Shown here: positions 22,650 to 35,600 of the stretch, piece by piece
How positions within the stretch are numbered: the first letter of the stretch is position 1
Layout of the letters: each line of letters opens with the position of its first letter
Translations under genes and position numbers: made by a program
Notes under the pieces: generated by a model
What the model was told of the DNA's origin: nothing
Seen by the model: only the letters and a program-made list of their open reading frames with translations
The model's database searches: none
NCBI GenBank assembly: GCA_008632985.1
Contig: QPGO01000045.1
Location: 62,001 to 126,000 of the forward strand
Direction: 5' to 3'
DNA length: 64,000 bases
Origin: Psammoneis japonica
Lineage: Eukaryota

Positions 22650-23560
22650 TGAGAGCATGTTGAATGTTGAGTAGTTTTAGGGGTGAAACGCATACCCCGA
22701 TAATGTTTATATAATGCCATAGGTAACGTAGGGGAATAACCCTAGGAGCGCTTAAACCCACAGGGGCTGAGTGACGCCATGGTGCTTCTGGAACTGCTGA
22801 AAGAGTATCTAGGTTAGAAACTACCGTACACTGTAGTGCAAGAACTACATGCAAGCAATTTTGAATGGATATAATGTGAAGACTATGATATGGATTAGTG
22901 TATCAGGTAAACGCTGCGGGAAAAATGCGTTAGTCCTCAGTCCTGGTGATTTCGAGTCAATATTATGTACTGTACAACAAAAATGAGAGATTGCAAGTCA
23001 TTCATTGCAAACTCTTGTCCGTGGCATCCCTCTTTGCACATGCTCGTACAAACGCAGAGTTCTCTCGTTTGAAAACAAAGCGAGATGAATCGGGACGGTA
23101 AAACGAACCTGGTCTCTTGTAACTGATGCTGTCTCGGAGATTCTTAAACCGCTGCGACCCCCATGATTCCTCGCTTTTCTTTTTCTTGAACAGAATTCCA
23201 AACTTGGACAGCCCTGACTTTTTCTCTTTTCCTGAAGACACGCCCCTTTGGTGGTCTAAAAGCAACGGAAACAAGAGCGGTTGAGATTGGCAGTCACACA
23301 ATTGACCGAGAGTCGCGACGGCACGGACGAACGTGCAACGAACGTAACCAACGAGATAGAATCTTCATACACTGTTGCTGCTCACAACCTTTCACTTACA
23401 GTTACTGTGGTTCATACTATTCATGGCACCAACGCTTACTCAAAAGAGTTACTGTATGTTACCTCTTTTGATTACGAGCGTGTAGTTAGTCGGCTGTCAA
23501 ACACCCTCTTCCCGCCCGAGCTCGGCTAAATTTTATGATCGTCATCTGTCTGCGTGTTGC
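22573..23560 (+). repeat. ~1 kb segment, copy 1 of a direct duplication (copy 2 at 25742-26750)
   Basis: Shared stretches such as GCATTTCAAAAATTCTCGAGCAAATGGTTGCCCAAA, ACTGATGCTGTCTCGGAGATTCTTAAA and GAGAGTCGCGACGGCACGGACGAACGTGCA. Confidence 0.9.
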
Positions 23561-23859
23561 AGTGTGGCTCCGGTATGTATCTATCTCGCGCGATGTCGAT
23601 GGTCAGCTCAGAGCCAAAATTCAAGAATGACTCTGAAGACTGCATGGTGTTAAATAAGAATGTATCCATTCCACGATTACTGTACAATCAACTCCACGAT
23701 TAGACTTCAAGATCCGTCTATCTCACGCACGGTCTTCGTGTGTGCACAATCGACTCCACGACACCGGTGAGCAACTGGACACTTCAAATCAAAGAAGATC
23801 TGTCTCTCAAGGTCTGTGTTGCGCACTCTGCTCTCTACCGGTAGAGTAGAGAGGGCCCC

Positions 23860-25640
23860 ACTTCTTCTCGTGCTTGTGCACTGTGGTGCAAGCAACATGA
23901 CATCGTGTGCCAACGCTGGTGCACATTCTTGGTGATGACTCAGGTGCTGCCAGCCTCTTGCAGCCAGCCACTGGACAGCGTTCCCAAATCACCTTGCAGC
24001 TCATGGGTCCCCTGCTCTCCACCTCCTCAAGATCCCCGCATGGTTGGTGCAAGAAGAGTGGCAGCATCATGCGGTGTCCGTTTGCAGAGTGCACAGAAAC
24101 TCAGGATCAGCAAACAGCGCGAAAGAGCAAACCCTGCCTCACTTGCACCACAAACACATCATGGCCTGCAACCTTTCCAACAGCAGGAGGGGCTGCATGC
24201 GTGCATGGTCAAAAAGATCTGTGCGGCTCTTGCACAGAGATCACACGTGCCATGGGTCAGCGACAAACCTCTCTCTGTGGTGCAGAAAGATCACACAGCA
24301 GTGCACACTCAGCATGACCCCCAAGCAATGTCAAGAGGTTGCTGTGCTCATTTTCTGCACATGAGAAGATGACTCATGATGTGTGTCAAAACAAAAAAAA
24401 GAGTGCAGGCCAAATGAGCACAGGCTGTAGAAGTGCACTGCCGTGCCTCCTCTTGTGTGGCCAGGGAGTGTGCAGCCAGCCACCTCTTTTCTCACAAGTG
24501 CTGTGTTTTTTCACACTGAACATCTGCCCCTGAGCATGTTGTGTGTTGCAGCTGCAGATGCTCCCAAGCAGCCAACACAGTGCTGGGTGTGGGCACAACA
24601 TCTGTTCTGTGGTGCACGGTGCACCACAAGCTGCCATGTTGCAAGAGTGGCGCGCCTCTTTTGTCAAGGCTGAAGCCTCAAATGAAGAGGGGTGGGCACC
24701 ATGTTGGTTGGCAACTTCTCAAATGGGCACAATGGGTGCTTTTCTCAAACCCACTGGAGGCTCTGCCAACCAAAACTCCCATCATTTGTGCTGCACTGGA
24801 AGCACAAGGGGGGGGGGGGGCACACAACACACCAAAAACCAAAGGTGGTGAGCCTGCCTGCAGCAGCTCCGGTGATCTGCAAAAAAGGAAAATCAACACA
24901 TCAGATCTCATGGAAGCAATTTTTGCAGATTTCATGTCTTGCTCCTCACATTTTGGCATCTCAGCTCAAGTGTAAAACAGCATGACAAGAGAGCTCAAAC
25001 ACCTGGATGGCATCATGCACATTTCCAGCAAAGTGCACAGGCCCCCTTCAGTGTGGGCTCTTTTTGTTCAAACGCAGAAGGGCTCTGCACACAGTTTGCA
25101 CACAAGCATCAGTGATGTGCAAATTGCAAAATGTGTCTGTGTGTGTGAATTTGAGCTGAGCCCAAGTTGTCTGCAGCAGTTGCACAGGCTGCACTCCTGC
25201 ACTTGGGCATGAGGTGTGGCTGGATTGCACACAAATAAAATCCACCACAGCTCGCCACTTGGGTGGTGCTGTGTCTCCAATGGCAGGTGCCTGAGCTCCA
25301 GCAAAAACATTCCTCATGCTTCACAACACCTTCCCCAGGCAAGATGGGTGCCAGGTGTGCTTGTGATGCAAGAGTGTGTTTTTGGGTGAGCTGTCTTGTT
25401 GGGCATCTGAGTGCCAGCAGCAACAACAAATCTGTGCCAGCCTTTGCCTGTCCACTGGGAGTGATTCCATCCAAGGGCACAAACCCAAAGATGGAGGCTC
25501 CAAAGCACCACTTGCATCACACAACTGCTTGATCCCGTCAGGATTGGGCCCGTTCTCAATGTTGCAATCACATGGGCTGAGTGACGCCACTGCATTTCTC
25601 GAACAGATGAAAGAGTGTCCAGGTCAAAAAAATCCACTGT
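23860..25640. mobile_element. Hypermutated repeat-derived block between the duplicated segments
   Basis: Near-complete loss of TA and strong loss of CG. No recognisable domain. Confidence 0.5.
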
Positions 25641-25741
25641 AGTTCAAGAACTGTGGGCAAGCAATTTTGAATTGATGTAACGTGCAGGCTATGGATTGAT
25701 CGGTAAGCTTAAAGCCGCAGGATCAATGCGCTAGTCCTCGG

Positions 25742-26750
25742 CTTTACTTTCTTTCCAGAACGTTCTGAGATTTGCATTTCAAAAATTCTCGAGCAAATGG
25801 TTGCCCAAATGAATATGAAAAGAATCTTCAGTAGTTTTAGGGTTGAAATGCCTACCCCGATAACATTATTATGAGATCCCGGGAGTAGGCTAATGATCGC
25901 GTTAACCCACATGGGCTGAGTGACGCCATTGTATTTCTCGAACGGATGAAAGAGTGTCCAGGTTTCCAACCTTCAAAAAACTTTATTGTAGAGTGTAAGA
26001 ACTACAGGTAAGCAATTTTGAATGGATGTAACGTGCAGGCTCTGGATAAGTATATCAGGTAAACGCAGCAGGATCAATGCGTTAGTCCTCGATCCTGATG
26101 ATTTCTAGTCAACATTCAACATGAATAAGAGATTGCAAGTCCTTCATGGTGCACTCTCGTCTTTGTCGTCTTTCTTTTCACGCGTGTCCGTGGTGTCTCT
26201 CTTTGCACAAGCTCGTACAAATGCTGAGTTCTCTCGTTTGGGAACAAAGCGAGATGATTGGGGACGAAAAAACGACCCTGGTCTCTTATAACTGATGCTG
26301 TCTCGGAGATTCTTAAATCGCTGCGACCCCCATGATTCCTTACTTTTCTTTTTCTTTTTCTTGAACAAAAGTCCAAACTTGGACAGCCCTGACTTTTCCT
26401 CTTTTCCTGTAGCCACGCCCCTCTGATGATCTAAAAGCAATAGAAACAAGATCGGTTGAGGCTGGCAGTCACACAACAAACCGAGAGTCGCGACGGCACG
26501 GACGAACGTGCATCGAACGCAAACCAACGAGATAGAATCATCTGTTGCTGCTCTCAACCTTCACTTACTGTTTCTGTCGTTCATATCATTCATGACACCA
26601 ACGCTTACTCGAGAGAGCTACTGTACGTTGCCTCTTTTGACTACGAGCATGTAGCCGGTTGTCAAACACAATCACTCTGCCACCACTACTTCCACATAAT
26701 TCTTCGGAACTACCGGCATCTCGTGTTGATCATCAACCTGTCTGCGTGTA
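25742..26750 (+). repeat. Copy 2 of the ~1 kb duplication; a partial third copy lies at ~25545-25740
   Basis: Direct alignment with 22573-23560. Both copies carry a similar short minus-strand ORF ('KSGLSKFG..FKKKK..ESWGSQRFKNLRDSISYKRPGSF'). Confidence 0.9.
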
Positions 26751-27719
26751 ATGTACAGGATGCTGGATGATCGAAGAGTGCAGTATTATCCGTTACCGTA
26801 GAGAGAATGACTCTTTCTTTCCTATCAAGACTGGAATTAGATCAATTATGTCCATTTCACGGTTAAGCGCCTATCTTTTTCAATTGATCGCGCATGCCGG
26901 TTCACGCTCGGTCAAGAAGATGACCCCGGCCCCCGCCCGCCACATTGCATGTCCGTCATGATGTATGGACATTGCACTTGCGTTGTTCTCGTGTGCGTCT
27001 CCTGTTGATCAAGGGATCAAGGGAATCCCTTTTGTTGATGTTGAGCCAAAAGGCGAGGCAGAAGATGCTTTGAAGGCAATCACATGAGCCACACTGTCAG
27101 GCCTCACAATGTTGTCAGAGCACCACACCAAAGCTGTCATTGTGTGCTGTGCGATTTCATGGTTGGCGTTGTTTTTTGGACTCTTCAGGGGCCAGCATGT
27201 GGCCATCTCCCCATCAATGACTCCTCTGGCTCCTTTGGAGTGAGTCTGTCTGTTCTCACTGGAGTCTCAAAATGTGCTGCTGGACATGTCAAAGCAGAAC
27301 TCCAGCAGCAGTGGCCCACACTGCGCGGGTTAAAAGCAGGAGGGTGGAGACCACCAAAAAAGATGACTTTCGAGCAGGCATCACATTTGGCCCTGTCTTG
27401 CCAGCACACAGAAAGACACTTGGATGGCAGCGTGTGTTGTGCTGCCTGTTTGCAAGTTGAAAGTTGAAGCTGTTTGTGGCCACATTTTTCCCAGTGCAGT
27501 GTCTCAATCTGGTGCCAAGTGCCAAGGATGGCGGCAGCACCAACGTCAGCAACAACAGGTTGTGTGTGCTGCCAGCGGCTCTTGTGAAAACTGCCAACAA
27601 GAACAAAAACATCTGTTCCACAAACAATGCATTCCTTGGTGGATTCTTTTGTTGTGCAGTGGAAAACCCCTCGTGGGGTGGGGCATTTTTTTTCTCCACA
27701 AGAAGCAGCCCCTGCTGTG

Positions 27720-30700
27720 TGCAATGTGTGTTGTTGTGCATGGACAAACACACATGTCCATGATTGCACATTGTGTCAGATGTGTCAATCTCACAACAAT
27801 CATGGATGAGACATCAGCATTGATCACATCCTGACAATCTGTTGTCACTGTTGGATGCTCCAAAAGGCCTTTGCTCTGCAGGAGCAGTGCAAAAGTGTTG
27901 GGCCATTGAGAGAATTCCTTCAAAGAATCCCACAATTGCAGTGCAAAATTTAATCTCACAATTTCCACTTTTTGTGATCTTTTCTGCTTTTGTTTGCAGC
28001 ACTCATCTTTTGAGCATGGCGCATTGTGTGTGCACACCACAGAAGGCAATTGCACAAAAATGAAGCTTTCACCCACTGCAATCAGTTTCAAGTCTTCCTT
28101 CATGCAAGAAAAAATTGTTCCTGTGCCATTGGAATTGATCTCTGAGCCAAAGACACACAAACCAAGTTGGCACCTTGAGATGGAGCAGTGTTTTCTCATC
28201 CTGAAGACAAGGAGAGCTGCGCCCACACTGAGAATGTCTCAAGTTCTGTCAGAAACAAGGTGTTTCCAAGTTCATCAAATTCCTCAAGGACTGCACTCAA
28301 CATTTGTTTGGCCAGAACATCAAGAAGCAAGCTGACAAGTTCCACCTGGTGCACACACTGCTGCAGGGAGACACTCGCCAAGTTTTTGAGAATGCTGCAG
28401 TGACTTTTGAATCCAAAGAGGACAAAGGAGGCTTCAAAAAATGTGTGCATTGCCTCTCCCAGTGCATCTTTCCAAAGAATGTGCTCCACATTAAAAAAAA
28501 ATGCCATTTGTGACATGATCTCAAGAAGCTGGAAATTGTGAAGATCTGAGAAATTGCCAATTGGGTCCAAGAAGTCAATGAAGACCTGAAGCACTGTCTT
28601 CCCTTTGAGTCAAATCAAGCTGTGGATGAAGAAGAACTCAAGGACATTGCACTCAAACTTGCAGCTTGCTGATGGCAGCATCAGTGGACCACCCAAGGTT
28701 TTGAAATTTTGAAGCATGCCTTTGATGAGTTGGTGGAGTTCTTGGAGCATCTGGTGGTTGCTGAGGACACATTCAACCAAGTCCATGCCAAGGGAGATCC
28801 TGGCAACAAGTCAGGTTTGAAAACCAAGGATGGCTCCACTCATGGTTCCAAAAATGGCCATCAATCTGGTGCCAAATTGTCCAAGTCTAACAAGCAGTGC
28901 AACAATTGCACAATGACCACTCATGATGTGGACAAATGCTGGATCATCAAAAGAGCAGCAAAGGAGCACCAGGAAAACTTTGAAAGAAACCCAAAATGGC
29001 AGCGTTTCAATGGCAGTTGCACGTGGTCACATGGCAACAGTGAAAATGCCTCTGCAAAAGAGGAGTTGAATGCCATGATCACTCAGACAGTTCAGAAAAC
29101 ACTCAAGGCAAGTTCCTCCAAGAAAGATTGAAAGTGCAAGAGCCAAGAATGTGGCTCTGACACCCTCAGTGAGGAAAACTGCCAATTTGAAAAATTGACT
29201 TGTCGCAATTCCGAGGAATGACCAGCACATGCAGAGGAAAATCACGTGCCACTGGACATTGAGAGACCCAGAAAAAGGGTCAAAGCAATGCACACCAGTC
29301 CAATTGTTGTTGCTTTTGTGAATGCTTCTCTTGGGGCAAAAAAGCAAAACAAACCTTTGTGTGTTCCACCCAACGGCGGAACATTGTCAACCACAACTTT
29401 GGGCAAATTTTTGAGGAAATTGAGAGTGAAAAAATCTGCCAACCAAACTTGGGAAACCAAGGGTGGACTCTTTACAACTGATGGTTGCTGTTCAATGCAG
29501 TTCTCATCACTTGAATTTGACAAGCACAAGAAAATAGAAGCTGCAACGCATGTTGGCAACAGTGCCACTTCTTCAAATTGCTGTGACATGATCATGGGAT
29601 GCAACTTGGTGAGCAGTCTTGGAGTCAGGCTCAATTTCACAAATGCAGAAATAAAATGGGAAGATGCAACAACACCCATGAAGAATCTTGGCACACTCTT
29701 TGATGCTGAAGTGTTCATGATGCTGACAGCCAATCAACTTGAGGAAATCTCATGCCATGAATGGTCTCAACAACAGGATCCACCACAAAATCCTTGATGC
29801 CAACTGCCATGCTGCCAACCTCAACAATGTGATGGCTGCAGCAACTCATCTCACTCCAGAGGAGCAAAAGCAACTTAACTTGCTCCAAAAAAACATTTGG
29901 GCCTCTTTTTGATGGTTCTCCTCTGGGCAAGTGGACTGGAAAACCAGTTGATCTTGTGGTGAAATCTGATGCAAGACTGCACCACACAAAACCTTTTCCT
30001 GTTCTGCAAGCCTTGGGGGCAATTGCATGGAAGGAGGTTGAAAGACTGTGCAAATTGAAGGTAAAAAATGAGTCATTTTGAATGGGCTGCTCCAACCTTT
30101 GTTCAACCAAAGAAAAATGGCAGAGTCAGATTCCTGTCTGACTTTTGTGAGCTCAGCAAGAGGAGGCCAGTGCGTGCTCTGTGTCCTCCACCCAACATCC
30201 GGGACATGCCACAGAAACTTGAGGGTTTCACACATGCAACCTCACTTGATTTGAACACAGGACACTGCCATGTTGAATTGACTTTGCACGCACATTGCTT
30301 GTGCACAATCGTGATGCTGTGGAGCAAGTGTGAGTGCTGCAAACTGCCTGCGGGAATCTGTCAAGCTCCGGATGTTTTGCAAGAGCACACGAGTGAGCTC
30401 ACAGCAGGTCTGGAGTTTGTCAGGACTCATGTTAATGACATGCTGTGCTTTGCAAAAGGTGACTTCCAAGACCACTTAAAAAAGCTTGAAACGGTGTTTT
30501 TGCGCCTTGAACAAGCTGGATTGAAGGTCAACATCAAAAAGGCTTCATTTGCCAAGTCCAAAGTGGATCATCTTGGCTTTCATGTCACCCAAAATGATGT
30601 CAAACCAACACCCAAGAAGACAGAGGCAATTCAAGCCATTGCAGTTGCCAAACCCACAAAGAATTGTGACATTTCAATGGCGTGATCAACTGTTGCCATG

Positions 30701-32600
30701 ACACATGGCCCCAATGGTCTCATTGCTTGCACCTTTGGCTAGACTCACCTCATCCAAGGTCAAATGGCAATGGAGAAGCACAGAACAAAAAGCCTTCAAT
30801 GACATGAAGCAAATCACATCAAAAGACATGTTGCCATCACATCCAAATTTCAATGAAACTTTTGAGACACATGCCAATGCAAGTCTCATTTGGGAGCAGT
30901 CATTGCCCAGAACAACCAACCTGTTGCCTTCTGCAGTCACAAGCTAAATGGAGCAGAGATGCAACACACAACGATGGAAAAAGAACTTCTGTCCACAGTG
31001 GAGACACTCAAAGAAGAACTCCAGAATGCACTGTTTGGCCAACAGACAAACATGTGCACAGATCATAAAAATCTTGCTCACAAGAATTTCACAATGGACA
31101 GAGTGTGTGTTGTCATCCAATGATGGGAAAATGCAGCCCCAAAATAATTTGCCTCAAGGGCAAGGCATGTCACTGCAGATGCATTCAGCTGACTTGCAAT
31201 GAAAAAAAAAACAGAACATGTGGAAAACCTCAGTGCTGAAGATTTGGCTGAGAAGGTCACACCAAAATCCTGCAACAATGTCCTTCCATTGACACACAAA
31301 GTTCTTGACATTGAACAAAAATGGGATGAAGACATTTCTCCAACTTGTTGGATGCAACATGTGACACATGGACTTTTTGTGGAGGCAAGAGAGACTGGAT
31401 GCTCCTGTGTTGCAAGGACAAAATTGTCATGCCAAAGACATTGCAAAAAGCAGTGTGTGACAGAGTTGCGTCATGCATGCCTTCTGCACCCTGGCATGAA
31501 TTGAGCTGAAGAGACAATCTCACAACACCCATGGTGGTCCACCTTGTGTGAAGACATGAAAAAATGCATGTCAAAATGTGCAACAGGATGGTTTGAAGTT
31601 GTGGAAATTCCAAACAAGGAATTCACAACTGTTGCTGGATTGCTGGAGTGGACGTGGCCAAGTGGACATCCTTGGCCATCGTCAATCACACATGACAGTG
31701 GAAGTGAGCTCATCAGACACCAGTTCAGAACTGTGGTTGAAGAGGACTGTGGCATTGAATGCAAGCCCAAAACTGCATGAAATCCACAAGCAAATGCCAT
31801 GATTGAGTGTGCGCATCAAGTGCCAGGCAATGTGCTGCACACATTTGACCTGCAAAACACACCCCTGGATGCAGAGGATTCTTTTGCTGGAATTTTGTCA
31901 GTGGCAGCCTTTGCAGTGCACTCAACACATCACACTGCTGTGCAAGCTGCACCAGGACAACTGGTCTTCAACAAAGACATGACATTTAATGTGCAACATG
32001 TTGCTGACTGGAAATTCATTCAGAGATGCTTGAGAAAATGCTCAATGCACTCCATGCACATGCAGAGTGGGAGAAAAGACATTGCTCAAGAAAGACCATC
32101 AAAAAACAGAACAGCCTCATGCTGGTGGGCCACGCATGATGACAACAGCACATGCTGATGGCACAGTGCAGATCAAATGTGGAGTTGTCGTTGGCACTGT
32201 CAACATCCATTGAATGACTCCATTCAATGATTGACTCCAATGTGCGGTTGGGGAGGCAAACGCAACATGCGTCATTGTGCATGGACAAAAAATGCACATG
32301 TTCAAACCAACTGTGTGTTGTTGTGCATGTCAGTTGCACAACAATCGTGGATGCATGCAAAGGTCAGATGGATCACACAGAATTGATCAGAAGTCTAAAA
32401 TTGCGGGTTCTGTTGTTGGACGATGTTGACACATGAGATGTCAATGTTGATTGCATCCAGACAATCTGTTGTCATGATTGGATTCTCTGAAAGGCCTTTG
32501 CTCTGCAGGAGCAATGCAAAAGCTTCAGGCCATTGAGAACTCATTTGGAGAATCCCCGGGGTCACAGTGTAAATTTCAATCTCACAACTTCAACTTTTCA
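27720..32600 (+). mobile_element. Degenerate Ty3/Gypsy LTR retrotransposon (5' LTR ~27720-27974, gag ~28040-29130, protease, RT ~29950-30650, RNase H, integrase ~31450-32020, PPT 32250-32260, 3' LTR ~32261-32600)
   Basis: RT 'EWAAPTFVQPKKNGRVRFLSDF', 'LEGFTHATSLDLNTGH', YxDD decayed to 'HVND'. RNase H 'PVAFCSHKL...EKELLS'. Integrase 'HDSGSE', 'NPQANAMIE'. Domain order is RT-RH-INT. The two LTRs align (e.g. ACAATCTGTTGTCA, AAGGCCTTTGCTCTGCAGGAGCA). Confidence 0.9.
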
Positions 32601-35600
32601 GGAGAGCAGCTGTCCTTGCCAGGCACCAGCATGGAGGAGGTGCCCATCACTTGTTGTGCAATGCACACATGTTGGGTGTGCTGTGGATCCAACCATTTTC
32701 AGTTGTCTGTTGTTCTTGTCTCCACTGCTTTTTCTGACTCTCTTTTGAGACTTGTCATTGATGAGAACAAAAAACAGCCAATGATGGTGGTGACTGGGGA
32801 TTTGCATCTGGTGGAGATGCTGCTGACAATCTCCCACAACACACGCAGATTGCATTGGAGGAAATGACCTTGATCATGATTTTCTCTGCCTGCAAAAAGC
32901 CTGGACTTTTCCTGGCTGACTCCAAGTTCCCAGATGTTGTCAAACAGTCATGCTGTGGGGACAGACATTCTGCTGTCAAGAAGATGCCATTTGATTGTTT
33001 GCCAGTGTGGCACAAGTGCCCCCTGTGATCTGATTTGCAGCTGCCCTTGCCAAAATGACTTGACTCTTCTCAATTGTCTTGCTCTGTTCAAGGATCATTT
33101 GCAAGTGTGCTGCATTGCAGCTGATGTTGATTCATCCTTGGATGAGTCATGGGAGCTTGACATCTTTGTCAGCAATGTGAAGCATGGTGACTGCCTTTGT
33201 CACAAGACCTCTGAAGCTTGTGAAGACAAGCAGAAGGCTCACAAGTTCAAGTCAAAGAAGATTGTTGAGACTTTGACAGCAGTCTTGAGTGAGCCTGACA
33301 GTCCTGCTGAGCACCCTGATGCTCCCAACTGTCTGAACCATCACATCTCAAATGAGAGCAACTGACCTCCACAAAACCCACACAGGAGAGTGAGCTCCAA
33401 CTAAAGCTCTTGCAAATGAGCCATTCATGTTTGACCCCCATCTCCAGAAGTTGTGGGTCCTTCTCCCTCTGTTGAGACAGACAACAAAGCTGTTCAAAGC
33501 CCTGGTCAATGAACTTGCCACCATGGAAATCCCTGATGATGACACTCCCCATGCTTCTCCATGGTCTTTGCACTGCAGGAACCATGCACCAAATCAAGCA
33601 GAATCCAATGGAGGCTGAGCACTGATGGTGCTTGGTCTGCAACAGCAAACATTGACATGCAGATTGTCCTTTCTGAACAATGCTGCCTTTCTTCATTCCC
33701 ATTTGATTTGATTTTGCAAGTTTGTTCAACATGAACAACACTCTCAGGATGCTGTTGCACTGCAAACAAACAATTGCTTGGAATTTCCTCCAGGCCATCA
33801 CTGACTTTGGATGTGCAATGCTGCCCAACTTTTGCCAACCCAAATCTGCAGAATGATTGTGCAGGGCAAATGTGAAAGAGGATCACCCTGATTCATCACC
33901 ACCTGCTGATGCTCCTCTTTCTCATCCATCCTTTGCCAATGACGTGCTCCACCAGGGTGCTTCAGATGCTCCTGATGTGGATGCCATTGCTGACAATGAT
34001 CCTGGGGAGGGCACAAGATGGCACAGAGGAGCCAACAAGGACTGCTCACATCTTCCATGCCTGACATTGGACATCTTGACTTTGAGTGTCTTGATGTGGT
34101 GGATGACTTGCCACATCTTGTGCCATTGAATTCTGTTTGCATTTCACCTGTTCTCTTGTTGTCAACTTCTCTTGCACTTTTTGACACCTTGGGTGCTCCA
34201 CCTGCTCCTGTCAATCACATTTTAAGTGACACATCCATTTGCCTGGCTCAGATTGACGCTGCAGCTTGGGTCTCTGGTGCTGGCCACTTGAACCTTGTCC
34301 ATCACCCATCACTGCCCACCTTTTGATGATGATCATCCATGTCCCGCTCAGATGTTGCCTGTGACAAAGGAGTGAGATGCAACTCCCCATGGACGTGGAT
34401 TCTTGCAAGTCCCTGCCAACAATGATCTTGGGTGCACATGTGTCCAAGCCTTCCAGCCACCACCCAAGCCTTCACTCTGCTCTCATTGATGAATGAGATT
34501 TTGCTCATGCACCCAGCATCTGTTCCCAAGATGCACATCTGAGGCACTTCAGAAGTCTCACAACATTTGCACTTGCTTGCATGTGGCAACTGGCAAATGT
34601 GACAAGCCACCTTGTGTGTCTGTTCCTGGTGTGCTGCAACATGGGAGAGCATTTGCCCAAGCATCGTTGCCACCTGCTGAGAAGTCTGCTCCAACTCAAT
34701 CATGTTTCCTGTTGCCAACAGTTGGAGCTGCTTTTGAAGATGGGTGACAATGTGCAGCTTCCTGCATTCATTCTTAACAGGAGCAGGACAACCAATGGCC
34801 CCACTTTTCAGAAGACCTCACTTTGTAATCCCTTGCTGCTGTGAAGATTGCCTCTGATCTTGAGGATGACACTTCACCAATTTTCCCCCTCAAGGTTGAA
34901 ACTGAGAAACTCTTGTGGCACCAACGTCTTGGTCATTCCAGTGGCCATTGTTTGCATCAGGCACACATGCATGTCAAAGAAATGCCAGTGTTTGCTGACG
35001 CAAATCCTGTCTTTGATGTTTGTCCCACTTCAATTCTTGCAAAACAGGCAAAGACTCCTGCAGGACCAAACTCCATTTGGTTGCTGCTGCCCAACCTCTT
35101 CAAGGTGGTTTGACCATTGATTGTGCTTTTGCTGGTCAGGACTCCAATGATTCCTCCCACACTGATGACTGCCTTGGTTTCAATGGTGAAACCAGCTGGA
35201 CTGCTGTGTGCAATCACCACTCTTGCATGTTCCACAGTGTTGCTTGGATCTCAAAAGCAAGTCCATTGAATTGCTTGTGCCACTGCCTCAAGAGACATTC
35301 TCTAAACTGTCATGATGGGCATGCACTTGTGGACCAGGGTGGCAAACTCCACAAGAACCCAAAGGTCTGGAATCCATTTCACAAGGAATTTTGACTGACA
35401 TTTGTCCCTCAGCTGCTGGTGCTTCCAATCAATGTGGACCTGAGGAACACTCACATTTGACTGTGGTGAATGCAACTTTTGATTGGAGCTGATGTTCCTG
35501 TCCATTTTTGGCCACACGCTTTTGATGATCCCTGTCTTTGGATCAAAAAATTCCATTCCTTTCAAGGATCAAGATGCAGCTCTGCTGATCACTGTTGCTG

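Noticed and set aside
23002..23301. Short minus-strand ORF in the duplicated segment as a confident gene
   Set aside because: Frames differ between the two copies upstream, there is no clear shared start and no recognisable domain. Left as a repeat only.
23833..23846. 14-bp palindrome CTCTACCGGTAGAG as an element terminus
   Set aside because: It is an isolated occurrence with no matching partner end in the window.
27720..32600. RNA or cDNA editing (ADAR/APOBEC) during retrotransposition as the cause
   Set aside because: Changes occur on both strands (TA->TG and TA->CA), differ between the two LTRs, and also affect non-retro sequence such as the helicase remnant and the LRR upstream region.
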